From assembly GCA_002402325.1 (NCBI GenBank), contig DHFQ01000142.1, positions 1 through 37,418 of the forward strand: 37,418 nucleotides of DNA, read 5' to 3'. The notes below the pieces were generated by a model. That model made no database searches and had not been told where the DNA came from. It saw only the letters and a list, made by a program, of their open reading frames with translations. Below, in pieces: positions 29,201 to 37,418 of this stretch. The position numbers were made by a program, and so were the translations under genes. How positions within the stretch are numbered: the first letter of the stretch is position 1; every line of letters begins with the position of its first letter. Source of the DNA: Candidatus Aminicenantes bacterium UBA4820. GTDB taxonomy: Bacteria; Acidobacteriota; UBA4820.

Positions 29201-29801
29201 CAACCAAGTGATCATCAATCATTGCTTTCATATCCTCAATAGATAAAAGCTCGACCTTGGCAACCTCTGAGGAGGTTCGGAATCCATCAAAGAAATGAAG
29301 GAAAGGGACTCGTGACTCTAAAGTTGCCGCTTGGGCTATAAGAGCTAAATCCATTGCTTCTTGAGGAGAATTAGAAGATAATAAAGCAAAGCCAGTTTCC
29401 CTAGTAGCCATAACATCACCATGATCCCCAAAAATAGATAATGCATGAGTAGCCACGGTACGAGCAGCAACGTTGATTAGCGCAGGCGTGAGCTCGCCAG
29501 CGATTTTGTACATGTTGGGAATCATTAGTAATAAGCCTTGAGAGGCAGTAAAGGTTGTACTTAAGGCACCGGCTTGAAGCGAACCATGGAGTGCTCCAGC
29601 TGCTCCTCCTTCACTCTGCATTTCAATTACTTGAGGAATGGATCCCCAGATATTTGGCTTTTTTTCAGCCGCCCATTGATCGGCTAATTCTCCCATCGTA
29701 GAAGATGGGGTGATGGGATAAATGGCAATTACTTCGTTGACATGGTAAGCTGAATAAGTGGTTGCTTCATTCCCATCGATCATGACCAATTCTCGTGTCA
29801 T
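26241..29801 (-). CDS. nifJ: Pyruvate:ferredoxin (flavodoxin) oxidoreductase, single-chain
   Basis: YPITPSS, MQSEGGAAG, GLGSDGTVGANKN, two CxxCxxCxxxCP motifs, SGACAGCGET and GGDGWAYDIG. Possibly chimeric (see findings). Confidence 0.98.
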   Translation of the reverse strand: MTRELVMIDGNEATTYSAYHVNEVIAIYPITPSSTMGELADQWAAEKKPNIWGSIPQVIEMQSEGGAAGALHGSLQAGALSTTFTASQGLLLMIPNMYKIAGELTPALINVAARTVATHALSIFGDHGDVMATRETGFALLSSNSPQEAMDLALIAQAATLESRVPFLHFFDGFRTSSEVAKVELLSIEDMKAMIDDHLVEDFRNRKLSPDRPFIRGTAQNPDVFFQARETNNPYYEKFPEIILEAMEKFEKVVGRKYRPFEYYGPSDAERIIILMGSACETTSETVDFLSEKGEKVGLLKVRLYRPFSTKMFIDAIPKSVKSIAVLDRTKEPGAAGEPLYKDVLGALSEAMVDKKLPFAFPKVIGGRYGLSSKEFTPSMVKAVFDELKKSEPKNHFTVGINDDVSNSSLAYDPSFVIEKDDVVRCVFFGLGSDGTVGANKNSIKIIGEETDNYAQGYFVYDSKKAGAVTVSHLRFGPRPIKSIYLIDSANFVACHQSVFLEKYDMLKLAKDGAVFLLNSPYGKDEVWDKLPRKVQQQIIDKKIEFYVIDGYKVAKDAGMGGRVNTIMQTCFFAISGVLPKDEAIKAIKKSIEKTYGRKGEDVVKKNFEAVDMTLANLHKVDYPKKVTSTIEIPPTVSPNAPDYVKNTLAKIIAGDGESLPVSAFAPDGTFPTDTAKWEKRNIALEIPVWVPELCIQCGKCALACPHAAIRIKAYDPKYLEKAPETFKSMDYKGVEFKGMKYTIQVAPEDCTGCGACVFVCPSKDKTNPSRKSLNMADQIPLRVKERENFEFFLELPEVDISKVKIDTVKGSQFLLPLFEFSGACAGCGETPYLKLLSQLFGDRAIIANATGCSSIYGGNLPTTPWAKNKEGRGPSWSNSLFEDNAEFGLGFRLTIDKHREFSIELMKKLSSEIGESLIDEIVKNEQKNDVEIAKQRELVKELKKKLESIGNEDSKNLLSICDNLIKRSVWIVGGDGWAYDIGYGGLDHVLASQRNVNVLVLDTGVYSNTGGQCSKATPLGGVARFAMSGKPTPRKDLGLMAIAYSNVYVAQVAMGANDNQTVKAFVEAENYNGPSMIISYCHCIAHGIDMMEGMEHQKLAVDCGFWPLYRYNPDLIKEGKNPLKLDSKPPKISYRDFAMKETRFRMLEKTKPELVEKYMKLGDEYIKRAWQTYEQLASIAENTTK

Positions 29802-29917
29802 ATCTTATCTCACCTTTCTTGTTGGATTATTTCCCAATTCGTTTTATAGGTAAAAAACATTTTTCACATAGGAATTATTGTAACATTATGATTGGGCTCT
29901 CTTCAAAATATTGACAA

Positions 29918-30529
29918 TCAAGCATCTAAATGAACATCTCTTCTTCCTTCAAAGGCTTGAGTAAGGGTAATTTCATCAGCGAACTCCATATCTCCACCTA
30001 AGGGTAAACCACGAGCAATTATGGTGACCCGAGTCGAAAAAGAACGAAGCTTGCGGGCAATAAAATAGGCAGTTGCTTCACCGTCAAGAGAAGGATTGGT
30101 AGCCAAAATTACTTCTTTAAATTTTTCAGTTTCAATCCGTTTCATGAGTTGGTTGATGGTCAAATCTTCTGGGCCGACGCCTGAAAGAGGGGACAGTACG
30201 CCCTGGAGAACATGGTAGAGACCGCGGTAACCGGTTTTTTCAATAGAAAGAACATCCTGGGGTCGTTCAACAACGCAAATTATAGTTGATTCCCGGGTAG
30301 AATCCTGACAAATAGAACATAGCTCATTTTCTGCATAAAAACCACAACGGGAACAAAAATGAATTTTTTGCTTCACCTCGGCAAGAGAATTGATTAACCC
30401 CTCTATCTCATCCGGTGATGATTTTATTAGAAAAAAAGATAATCTTTGAGCAGTTTTGGGGCCAACACCAGGGAGACGCGAAAACGAGGCGATTAAATTT
30501 TTTAATGCCTCCGGATAAGAATCACTCAA
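29918..30529 (-). CDS. recR: Recombination protein RecR
   Basis: LPGVGPKTAQRL HhH, C4 zinc finger, YHVLQG.LSP, EVILATNP..DGEATA Toprim. Confidence 0.98.
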   Translation of the reverse strand: MSDSYPEALKNLIASFSRLPGVGPKTAQRLSFFLIKSSPDEIEGLINSLAEVKQKIHFCSRCGFYAENELCSICQDSTRESTIICVVERPQDVLSIEKTGYRGLYHVLQGVLSPLSGVGPEDLTINQLMKRIETEKFKEVILATNPSLDGEATAYFIARKLRSFSTRVTIIARGLPLGGDMEFADEITLTQAFEGRRDVHLDA

Positions 30530-30699
30530 AGACCTACCACCTCACAAATAGTTTATTACATAAAGATTCCAGTTTAAAAATCTAAAATCAACCCCAACAT
30601 CCCTCCTTCGTGAGAGAAAAAGATCGAGGGGGAGATGTTGCGAGGGAGTGAAGGGAAAGGCAAACAGCTTTCCAAAAAATGGCCAACACCCCTACACGT

Positions 30700-31002
30700 T
30701 TACATTAATCCTGGAATGTTAAGTCCTCCGGTTATTTTTGCCATTTCTTCTTGGGCCATTTCTCGAGAACGATTTAGGGCTTCATTAACAGCAGCTAAAA
30801 CTAAGTCTTGAAGCATTTCAATGTCATTTTCTTCCAACAGCGATGGTTCAATTTTTATTTCAAGAATTTCTTGTTGACCATTGCTAGTTACTTTAACCAT
30901 TCCACCCCCGCTTGATGCTTCAATTTGTTTGGTTTTTAATTCCTCTTGCATTTTCGCCATTTTAGCCTGCATTTTCTGGGCTTCCTTCATCAGATTTTTC
31001 AA
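30700..31002 (-). CDS. ybaB: YbaB/EbfC nucleoid-associated protein
   Basis: AQKMQ, SGGGMVKV and EMLQDLVLAAVNEA motifs. TTG start after GGAGGAG. Lies between dnaX and recR. Confidence 0.97.
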   Translation of the reverse strand: MKNLMKEAQKMQAKMAKMQEELKTKQIEASSGGGMVKVTSNGQQEILEIKIEPSLLEENDIEMLQDLVLAAVNEALNRSREMAQEEMAKITGGLNIPGLM

Positions 31003-32677
31003 AGTCAGTCTCCTCCCATCCGGCTCTTAAATGATCATCAATGGCCGAATATTCAACAACAAAACCGCCAAAAATCTCGACCGCGGCCATAAAAGGTTTT
31101 AATTGACTATTATCGCTTTCAAATTTATTGGTTAAAATTGTATCATTATTATTATAATTATCCGGAACTACGTGAACAGGTTCATCACTTGGTATTTGCT
31201 CTGATTCATCAGGGCTATTCGAATTATCAATAACACACTCCAGCTGGCATTTCTTGCCCCTGATTTCCTGGAGAACATCGATAATTATCTGAAAGTTTTC
31301 CTTTCTTTCAACACTTTCTTTGTGAAAACGGCTGTTTGGTCCAAACGCTAAAATTAACTTTGAATTAGTAGCCTCTCGTAACTCGGCTTCTTGCAAAAAA
31401 GCATAAAGAGATATCTTTCTTTTTTTTAGACATTGTAAAATAGTTTGCCATTCGTTATCAGCTGTATTAACTGATTGGGCATTCGGTACCGATGAGTCAG
31501 GACTTGGACTTTTCTTTTCGGGAATGAGCATCTCCTTTGAAAGAGCTTTTTCTGGAGAAGTGGTTAAGTCTATTGACTGTTGTTGTTGGTTCGCTAGAAA
31601 ATCTATTATATCTAATAGGGCTAATTCAAGCAATATTTGTGGATGAGAAGACCGCCTTATTTCTAATTCAAGTCCCTGGAGGCGTTGCAAAGTTTTTCTT
31701 AAGGCAATTACTGAACAAAGCTTGACCATTTCTTGCAAAATTTTAATTCTTTGGGGAGCGATACCCGAGGGAGGAGCAGATTCTATGAGAGATAGAATAA
31801 GGAGAGAGCGAAAATATTGACTGAGAGAATGAGCGATGTCTTCGGGTTCTAAGCCTCTCATAATCCACTCATTTGCCTTTAGCAACACCTTACCACAATC
31901 TCCCTTGCCGAGAAGAAAAAAAAGAGCATCAAGGTCGGATTGGTCAACTTCTCTAAGAACTAAAGTGGCTTGTTCATAAGTAATGTTTTTTTCTTCCCAG
32001 GACATAAGTTGTTCCAGGAAACTTACCGCATCACGGAGAGAACCAGCAGATTTCTGGGCTATAAGGTACAAAGCCGACTCTTCAATTGAAAAACCCTCTT
32101 GAATGGAAATTTTACGAAGGTGTTGAACTATAGCTTCATTTTCTATAGAATTAAAGTTTATTCGAAGGCACCGAGATAAAATGGTATCAGGAAGTCGATG
32201 AGATTCAGTAGTGGCTAATATAAAAATGGCATGATCGGGAGGTTCTTCCAAGGTTTTCAACAGAGCATTAAAAGCTTCAGTAGTAAGCATGTGCACTTCA
32301 TCAATAATATAAACCTTAAAACGTGATTCGATTGGAGAGTATTTTACTTTTTCCCTTAAGTCTCGAATATCATCAATCCCACGGTGAGAAGCTGCATCGA
32401 TTTCAACACAATCGAGAGAATTTCCTTCAATTATATGAAGACAGGAAGAACAGATACCGCATGGTTGTGCCGTAATTCCCTGAGTACAATTGACTGAACG
32501 AGCCAGAATACGAGCGGTTGTAGTCTTTCCCACACCTCGGGGACCACAAAATAAGTACGCGTGATTTATCTGGCCGCTTTTTAAGGCATTGGTTAACAAT
32601 CGAGAAGCGACCTCTTGCCCGACAATCTCTTCGAAAACCTGAGGACGCCATTTACGATAAAGGGAACGGTAGGTCAA
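30962..32677 (-). CDS. dnaX: DNA polymerase III subunit gamma/tau
   Basis: LYRKWRPQ.F, GPRGVGKT, EIDAAS, IIDEVHML, NALLKTLEEPP and SRC motifs. Confidence 0.98.
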   Translation of the reverse strand: MTYRSLYRKWRPQVFEEIVGQEVASRLLTNALKSGQINHAYLFCGPRGVGKTTTARILARSVNCTQGITAQPCGICSSCLHIIEGNSLDCVEIDAASHRGIDDIRDLREKVKYSPIESRFKVYIIDEVHMLTTEAFNALLKTLEEPPDHAIFILATTESHRLPDTILSRCLRINFNSIENEAIVQHLRKISIQEGFSIEESALYLIAQKSAGSLRDAVSFLEQLMSWEEKNITYEQATLVLREVDQSDLDALFFLLGKGDCGKVLLKANEWIMRGLEPEDIAHSLSQYFRSLLILSLIESAPPSGIAPQRIKILQEMVKLCSVIALRKTLQRLQGLELEIRRSSHPQILLELALLDIIDFLANQQQQSIDLTTSPEKALSKEMLIPEKKSPSPDSSVPNAQSVNTADNEWQTILQCLKKRKISLYAFLQEAELREATNSKLILAFGPNSRFHKESVERKENFQIIIDVLQEIRGKKCQLECVIDNSNSPDESEQIPSDEPVHVVPDNYNNNDTILTNKFESDNSQLKPFMAAVEIFGGFVVEYSAIDDHLRAGWEETDFEKSDEGSPENAG

Positions 32678-32712
32678 TTGGTTCTACACCTTCAATAAAA
32701 AGATACCATCAG

Positions 32713-32730
32713 ATCCCTCTTGAGAGGGAT
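32713..32730 (-). other. Perfect inverted repeat between ffs and dnaX (hairpin; possible terminator or processing site)
   Basis: ATCCCTCT-TG-AGAGGGAT. No adjacent U tract. Confidence 0.35.
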
Positions 32731-32781
32731 ATCGCGGATAGACGGTGTGGATTAAAAAAACAGAATCCAACGAAATTCATT

Positions 32782-33061
32782 GCCTCCAATCGTGCACCGA
32801 AATTCGATATTTCCACCTGGCTGTATCCAAGACAGTTAACTCAAATCAGGCACCCTCACGGCACCCAAAGAGCCCCACGTACCGTTGCTTCCTCCCGGAC
32901 CTGGCGGGGTTTATGGGGATTTGTCGCGTAAGACCCAATCTTCAACGCCACTTTTCTTGGCCGACACCAAAAGAAAAACACCTGGTTTCGGAATTCGATC
33001 CTGCTGTAGCGGATTGCAGGTACAGGGCACCGCTAACTCCCCATCTAGCACGATTAGAGGC
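32782..33061 (-). ncRNA. ffs: Large (Alu-domain-containing) bacterial SRP RNA
   Basis: - strand begins GCCTCTAATCGTGCTAGATGGGGAGTTAGCGGTGCCCTGTACCTGCAATCCGCT (Bacillus scRNA-like). Contains helix 8 CAGGTCC-GGGA-GGAAGCAAC. 5' and 3' ends are complementary (…GCACGATTGGAGGC). Upstream of dnaX. Confidence 0.96.
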
Positions 33062-33068
33062 ATAACTC

Positions 33069-33163
33069 TGGCGGAGAGGGTGGGATTTGAACCCACGAGA
33101 CAAGTTCTACACCTGCCTACTCGCTCTCCAGGCGAGCGCTTTCGTCCACTCAGCCACCTCTCC
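33069..33163 (-). tRNA. tRNA-Ser(GGA)
   Basis: GGAGAGG acceptor stem, anticodon arm CTCGC-CTGGAGA-GCGAG, long variable arm, GGTTCAAATCC T-arm, encoded CCA. Confidence 0.97.
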
Positions 33164-33194
33164 AAATATACTCAGCCTCATTACTTCCGAAAAC

Positions 33195-33223
33195 ATTATA
33201 TAAATGACTGCCTTATTTTACAA
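33195..33223 (-). promoter_or_regulatory. Sigma70-type promoter for tRNA-Ser/ffs
   Basis: TTGTAA (33223-33218), 17-bp spacer, TATAAT (33200-33195). Confidence 0.7.
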
Positions 33224-33459
33224 GTGTGGGATTTAAAGAGGGGTTTTATCTCTTGTGTATCTATTTACGAATAAAATATGCACTACACCAGAAAAAGAAT
33301 AAATAAATGAGGAAGGTTATTTTTTATATTGATTGATAAGATTTCACCCTCAGAGGGAGTTATCTCATTTTATATTCAGTGAATCTCTCTTTTTAAAGGT
33401 ATAATAACCAGCACCAAGTGAGCTTATAAAACAGTGTGACGAGAAGTGATGTCAATCTT

Positions 33460-33816
33460 TTATTCTCCTGGTAACAATGCTCGGATGATTACCCGGTTGG
33501 GAAGGCAAGCAATAAACCCTCCATTATCCGGTATTTTTCCCATATGAATACATACTTTATCCGGGCATGGAGAGCCAGATACCCATACCTTTCCCTGCTG
33601 GATGTGGACTTCGGTATTTCCCAGAGGACCTTCAATCATAAGAATACTATTGGTTGCATTATTCACGAGCATTTCTTGTTGGTTTTTATAGTTTTTAATA
33701 ATTAAACGATAGGATTTAATTGCCTTGGAGTGAGAATGAGAAAAAACTATTATTCCAGTTAGAGCGATACCTAATAATAGTAGAATGAGAAAGCAGTTTT
33801 TCCAAAAAGTTTTCAA
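33460..33816 (-). CDS. NusG domain II-containing protein (DUF1312-like), N-terminal membrane anchor
   Basis: GPLGNTEV.I..GKVWV..SPCPDKVCIHMG.I......IACLPNRVII motif plus hydrophobic N-terminus. Confidence 0.88.
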   Translation of the reverse strand: MKTFWKNCFLILLLLGIALTGIIVFSHSHSKAIKSYRLIIKNYKNQQEMLVNNATNSILMIEGPLGNTEVHIQQGKVWVSGSPCPDKVCIHMGKIPDNGGFIACLPNRVIIRALLPGE

Positions 33817-33821
33817 AGGTT

Positions 33822-35048
33822 TTAAAATCTCCCCAACTCACCAGCCATAAAATGGTCAAGGACTACCGAGGCAGCTCCCAATAAACGTATGTCTTCACCC
33901 CATTGGGAATAATGGATATGAGGCGTAACATAGTCCCGATACAATAAGCGTTCTTCGATCCCTCGCCTTATTGGTTCTTCTATAAACTCCTTTGCTAAAG
34001 CAGCTTCCCCACCAATGACAACTACTTCGGGATCAAAAACGTTGAGAATATTGACAATTCCAACACCGATGTATTGACCGAGCTGTTTTAAGATATTCTG
34101 ACAGGTTATATCGTTTTTTTGGGCTCCCTCGATAAGATGGTGAAATTTAAGCTCATCCCGTTTTTCTGTAAGAAGCTGGTGGAGGAACTGACTTTCACCA
34201 AACCAAGCAACTTCACGAGCTTTTTCTAAAATTTTTTCCGTATTACAATACATTTCTAAACAACCTTGATTTCCACAAACACACCGAGGTCCAAAAATAT
34301 TAACACTGGTATGACCAATTTCACCGGCTTTTTTATTTTTACCTTCATAGAGTTTCCCATCGATTAAAATGCCGGCACCAACTCCTTCTCCGGCCATAAA
34401 ATAAACCATATTGGGTATTTCTTTAGCCACTCCATTCCATGTTTCATGAAGGCAGGCAGCATCAGCGTTGTTGGCCATGAAGATAGGTAAATCATATTCT
34501 TTGAGATGAGAACGAAGGTCGAGAGATTTATGGTTTAAAAAAGTTGGATGAGCAAGAATGGTATAAGTCTCGGCTTCAACTGGACCAGGCACACTCACTC
34601 CAATACCCAAAATCAATCGAAGCGATTGGGTTGCATATTCAAGGACATGGATGAATTCTTTTTGCAGTTCTAGGAGAGCAATTTCAGTATTTTCTTGAAG
34701 TTCATAATTGGAATCACGACGAAATAAAATATTTGGAGTTAAGTCGGTGAGGGCTACGGAAAAGCCGTGCCGGCTAAAACTAATGGCAATGGTATAAAAA
34801 GCTCTGTTATTAAATGAGAGCAAAATTGGCTTCCGGCCAGCCTTGGTATCGGAAGTCCCTACCTCTTGGAGAAGATTGGAGGTGATTAATTCGTTAACGA
34901 TATTGGTAATGGTCGGTTGAGTAAGACCGGTGATACGGGCTAATTCGATACGGGATAAAAGCCCTCTTTTTTTAACCAGACTTAACACTAATGCCCGATT
35001 TTTTACTTTAACATCGGTAAGGTTATCCCCGATTCTCTGTTCGTTCAT
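33822..35048 (-). CDS. ROK family transcriptional regulator (XylR/NagC-like)
   Basis: N-terminal HTH (SRIELARITGLTQPTITNIV), GRKP linker, ANNADAA, GEIGH...GPRCVCGNQGCLE. Confidence 0.95.
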   Translation of the reverse strand: MNEQRIGDNLTDVKVKNRALVLSLVKKRGLLSRIELARITGLTQPTITNIVNELITSNLLQEVGTSDTKAGRKPILLSFNNRAFYTIAISFSRHGFSVALTDLTPNILFRRDSNYELQENTEIALLELQKEFIHVLEYATQSLRLILGIGVSVPGPVEAETYTILAHPTFLNHKSLDLRSHLKEYDLPIFMANNADAACLHETWNGVAKEIPNMVYFMAGEGVGAGILIDGKLYEGKNKKAGEIGHTSVNIFGPRCVCGNQGCLEMYCNTEKILEKAREVAWFGESQFLHQLLTEKRDELKFHHLIEGAQKNDITCQNILKQLGQYIGVGIVNILNVFDPEVVVIGGEAALAKEFIEEPIRRGIEERLLYRDYVTPHIHYSQWGEDIRLLGAASVVLDHFMAGELGRF

Positions 35049-35095
35049 GGCTTCCTCATAGAAAATAACTAATTATTAATTCCTTTATAGTCTTG

Positions 35096-35123
35096 ATTAT
35101 ATATATCAAGGATAGTTTTGCAA
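35096..35123 (-). promoter_or_regulatory. Putative promoter of the ROK gene, overlapped by two palindromes
   Basis: TTGCAA (35123-35118), 16-bp spacer, TATAAT (35101-35096). CTTGAT-N7-ATCAAG at 35092-35110 and TAGTT-N4-AACTA at 35113-35126. Confidence 0.5.
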
Positions 35124-36142
35124 CTAAAATCTATTTTACTTTTAGGACTTTGTTTTTTAGAAATTAAATCCTTATGCTATCTATTATATACTATTCAGAG
35201 AATTTTCTGATGATTTAAGCAGTATTTTGTGATATTTTAAAAAAAATTCATTGTGATAGAATAAATCAAAAAGACTTCAGAGCTCTTTTTCAATTATTGA
35301 TTACTTATGGGAATTATCTCAATGCCAATTTCATGATACAAATTGGGGGGATGGAGATCCCTTCTTATCCCAATCTTTCTAATGATGAGTTGATGAAAAA
35401 CGATTCCTATAAAATTTTAATTAGTTCTTTCTTGCTCAGTGGAGAAAGTAAGGTGAGAATAAAAAAAATCGTTACTTTTTTAGAAAACAATTTAAAAGAT
35501 TCTCATAACCAAAAAGAATGATTTTATTTACTGTAAAGATTTATGGAAATTTACGATAAACGTAGTCAACTTATTTCAATAAGAAGTAGTTTAAAATAAA
35601 AAATAATCTAAGAAAATGAAATAGAGTGATTTATCACTAAACATGAACCTACCCACAAAAAATTCATCAAGTGAGTCTATGTAATCAAGAAATGTGGTTG
35701 AAAATTCTCAAATTATGTTATTAAATAGATATTCCTGGAATTTGAAGATGAAGTAAAGAGTTTAAAAAGATTAATTTGTTTTAATCAACAATTTAACTTC
35801 TTAAATTTTCAAATAAATCCAAGCAAAGGATGAATCTAAAAACTATTTCCGTTCTAATCCAGTCCTATCGTTTTTCTGATAGGGGATTTATTGGATGAGT
35901 TAACTGTTGTTTTAATTATCAGTTGGGCGATATCAAATGAAGCTGGAAAGGCCTTTTCTTTGTTTTTTTTGCGAGGTATACGCAACGTGTCAACTCCATC
36001 ATTTTTAAGGGATAATGATCAAGATAAATGAAGACCTTCTTGTATTCAATAAGCAAATACTCTGAGTAATTTTTCCTCATCAATGCGCACTCTCTCTTCA
36101 TTTCTGCGCAAAGAGAATAGAAAAGTGATTTGGGAGGTTAAA

Positions 36143-37418
36143 ATGGAAGACGAGTCACGTTTTCGCAGGAGATTGCGGTGGCTTTATCCGGGAATGAAGG
36201 TTAAAAGATGGCTATTTGTAGCAATAATTGGGGTTTTATTTATCTCAATCGGATTAAGTCTTATTGTATCAACCCCTTATTTTAGAAGCATCTATCGGAC
36301 CTGGAGTTCTATTGTTTATCAATTAGTAAGAAACTACTGGTTATCAGTAAGTTTTGGAATTATTTGGTTAGCGGTAGGAATCTTTTTCATTGTTTATGGG
36401 CTTCAACACATGAACCGTTCCATTTTTAGCGTAATAATGCCCGCTCCCGAAGATGATGTAGCCAAAAAGATATTTCAAAAAAGACAACTTGAGCGTGGAC
36501 CGAACGTAGTGGCAATTGGAGGAGGGCATGGATTACACGTTTTTTTGCAGGGTATAAAAAAATATACCTCTAATACTACGGCGATTGTAACGGTTTTCGA
36601 TGATGGTGGGAGCTCTGGTTTACTTCGTCAAGAAATGGGAGTGCTTCCTCCGGGGGATATTCGTAATTGTCTCATTGCTCTTGCTGATGCTGAGCCTTTA
36701 ATGGCCAATCTTTTTCAGTATCGTTTTGAAAGTGATAGCACCCTACACGGACATAATTTTGGTAATTTATTTATTACCGCCCTTACACAAGTAACTGGTG
36801 ATTTTCAAAAAGCAATAGGAGAATCAAGCAAAGTCCTGGCAGTAAGAGGTCGGGTTCTTCCTACTACACTCCTTAACGTTGTTTTAAAAGCTGAGTGCGA
36901 TGATGGGGATATTATTAGTGGCGAATCAAATGTCGGTCTTTGTGGAAAAAGAATTAAGAGAATTTTCCTCGATCCAGAGCAAGTAGTATCTGCTCCAGAA
37001 GTTATTAAAGCCATTGATGAGGCCGACATTATTGTTTTGGGGCCAGGCAGTCTTTATACAAGTGTCTTGTGTAATTTGGCGGTAAGCGAAGTGAGAGAAG
37101 CGGTTCTCCATTCCCCCGCTCCGGTTGTTTTTGTGTGTAATGTGACAACCCAACCGGGTGAAACTGACCATTATAACTTTGCTGATCATTTGAATGCAAT
37201 ATTTCAATTTATTCCACCAGAACGGTTAAATTATATTTTAGTTAATAATGAAAAACCCGACTCTGATAGGATGAATGAACTGAATCAGAGAGGAATTGAA
37301 ATGGTTAACGTTGCAGAAATCAACACCTATGATTCAATAAAAATTTATGAAGCCCCCTTATTATCCATTGAACAACCAACACGTCATGATTCGAATAAAT
37401 TAGCCAGGGCACTCATAC
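36143..37418 (+). CDS. yvcK: YvcK/GlmR (UPF0052) family protein with N-terminal transmembrane extension; 3'-truncated, absent from the ORF track
   Basis: ATG 36143 after GGAGG. Translates MEDESRFRRRLRWLYPGMKVKRWL...GPNVVAIGGGHGL...AIVTVFDDGGSSGLLR...LPPGDIRNCL...GHNFGNL...LGPGSLYTS...RHDSNKLA. Confidence 0.95.
   Translation, partial: MEDESRFRRRLRWLYPGMKVKRWLFVAIIGVLFISIGLSLIVSTPYFRSIYRTWSSIVYQLVRNYWLSVSFGIIWLAVGIFFIVYGLQHMNRSIFSVIMPAPEDDVAKKIFQKRQLERGPNVVAIGGGHGLHVFLQGIKKYTSNTTAIVTVFDDGGSSGLLRQEMGVLPPGDIRNCLIALADAEPLMANLFQYRFESDSTLHGHNFGNLFITALTQVTGDFQKAIGESSKVLAVRGRVLPTTLLNVVLKAECDDGDIISGESNVGLCGKRIKRIFLDPEQVVSAPEVIKAIDEADIIVLGPGSLYTSVLCNLAVSEVREAVLHSPAPVVFVCNVTTQPGETDHYNFADHLNAIFQFIPPERLNYILVNNEKPDSDRMNELNQRGIEMVNVAEINTYDSIKIYEAPLLSIEQPTRHDSNKLARALI

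Noticed and set aside
29802-29917. Rex operator upstream of nifJ
   Set aside because: Only a half-site (TTCACAT) is present, with no matching second arm.
967-32651. Many short antisense or alternate-frame ORFs (e.g. 967-1371, 7369-7653, 10224-10556, 20201-20584, 26971-27234, 32427-32651)
   Set aside because: They lie within well-supported genes and show no recognisable motifs; treated as shadow ORFs.
33069-33163. tRNA-Sec, because of the 95-nt length and long variable arm
   Set aside because: The anticodon is GGA, not TCA, and the acceptor stem is a standard 7 bp.
32745-33274. ORFs 32745-33065, 32885-33274 and 32911-33165
   Set aside because: They overlap the SRP RNA and tRNA-Ser; artefacts of GC-rich structured RNA.
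35297-36101. ORFs 35297-35521 (+) and 35919-36101 (-) as real genes
   Set aside because: Short, with no recognisable motifs; insufficient support.
35049-36142. Replication origin in the AT-rich spacer
   Set aside because: No cluster of TTATCCACA-type DnaA boxes was seen, and no dnaA/dnaN/gidA context.
36805-37207. Minus-strand ORFs 36805-37029 and 36926-37207
   Set aside because: Antisense to the yvcK reading frame, which runs off the window end.

Overview
The window has three blocks. (1) 1-8291: the distal tail/baseplate module of a contractile-tailed prophage (GpU, GpD, GpV, GpW, GpJ, GpI-like, then three atypical structural or receptor-binding genes). It ends in what looks like a Mu-type transposable-phage terminus (two 14-bp direct repeats plus a terminal CA) 7 bp upstream of the rplM -35 box. 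(2) ~8299-29100: housekeeping DNA that uses mostly AGA/AGG for Arg. On + are rplM-rpsI-rpsB-tsf-pyrH-frr-ispD-ispF and an IS1634-like remnant. On - is a tightly packed run: AbrB-like/DUF4388 protein, ddl, M24 peptidase, two GT4 glycosyltransferases, O-antigen ligase, recO, glyQ, glyS, MFS transporter, plus the 3' four-fifths of nifJ. (3) ~29150-37418: DNA that uses mostly CGN for Arg in the genes inspected. It holds the 5' part of nifJ, recR-ybaB-dnaX, a large SRP RNA, tRNA-Ser(GGA), a NusG-II protein, a ROK repressor and a 3'-truncated yvcK. The Arg codon switch falls inside nifJ at a highly conserved motif, which suggests a chimeric assembly or a recombination junction. All product calls come from motifs recognised by eye; no searches were run.
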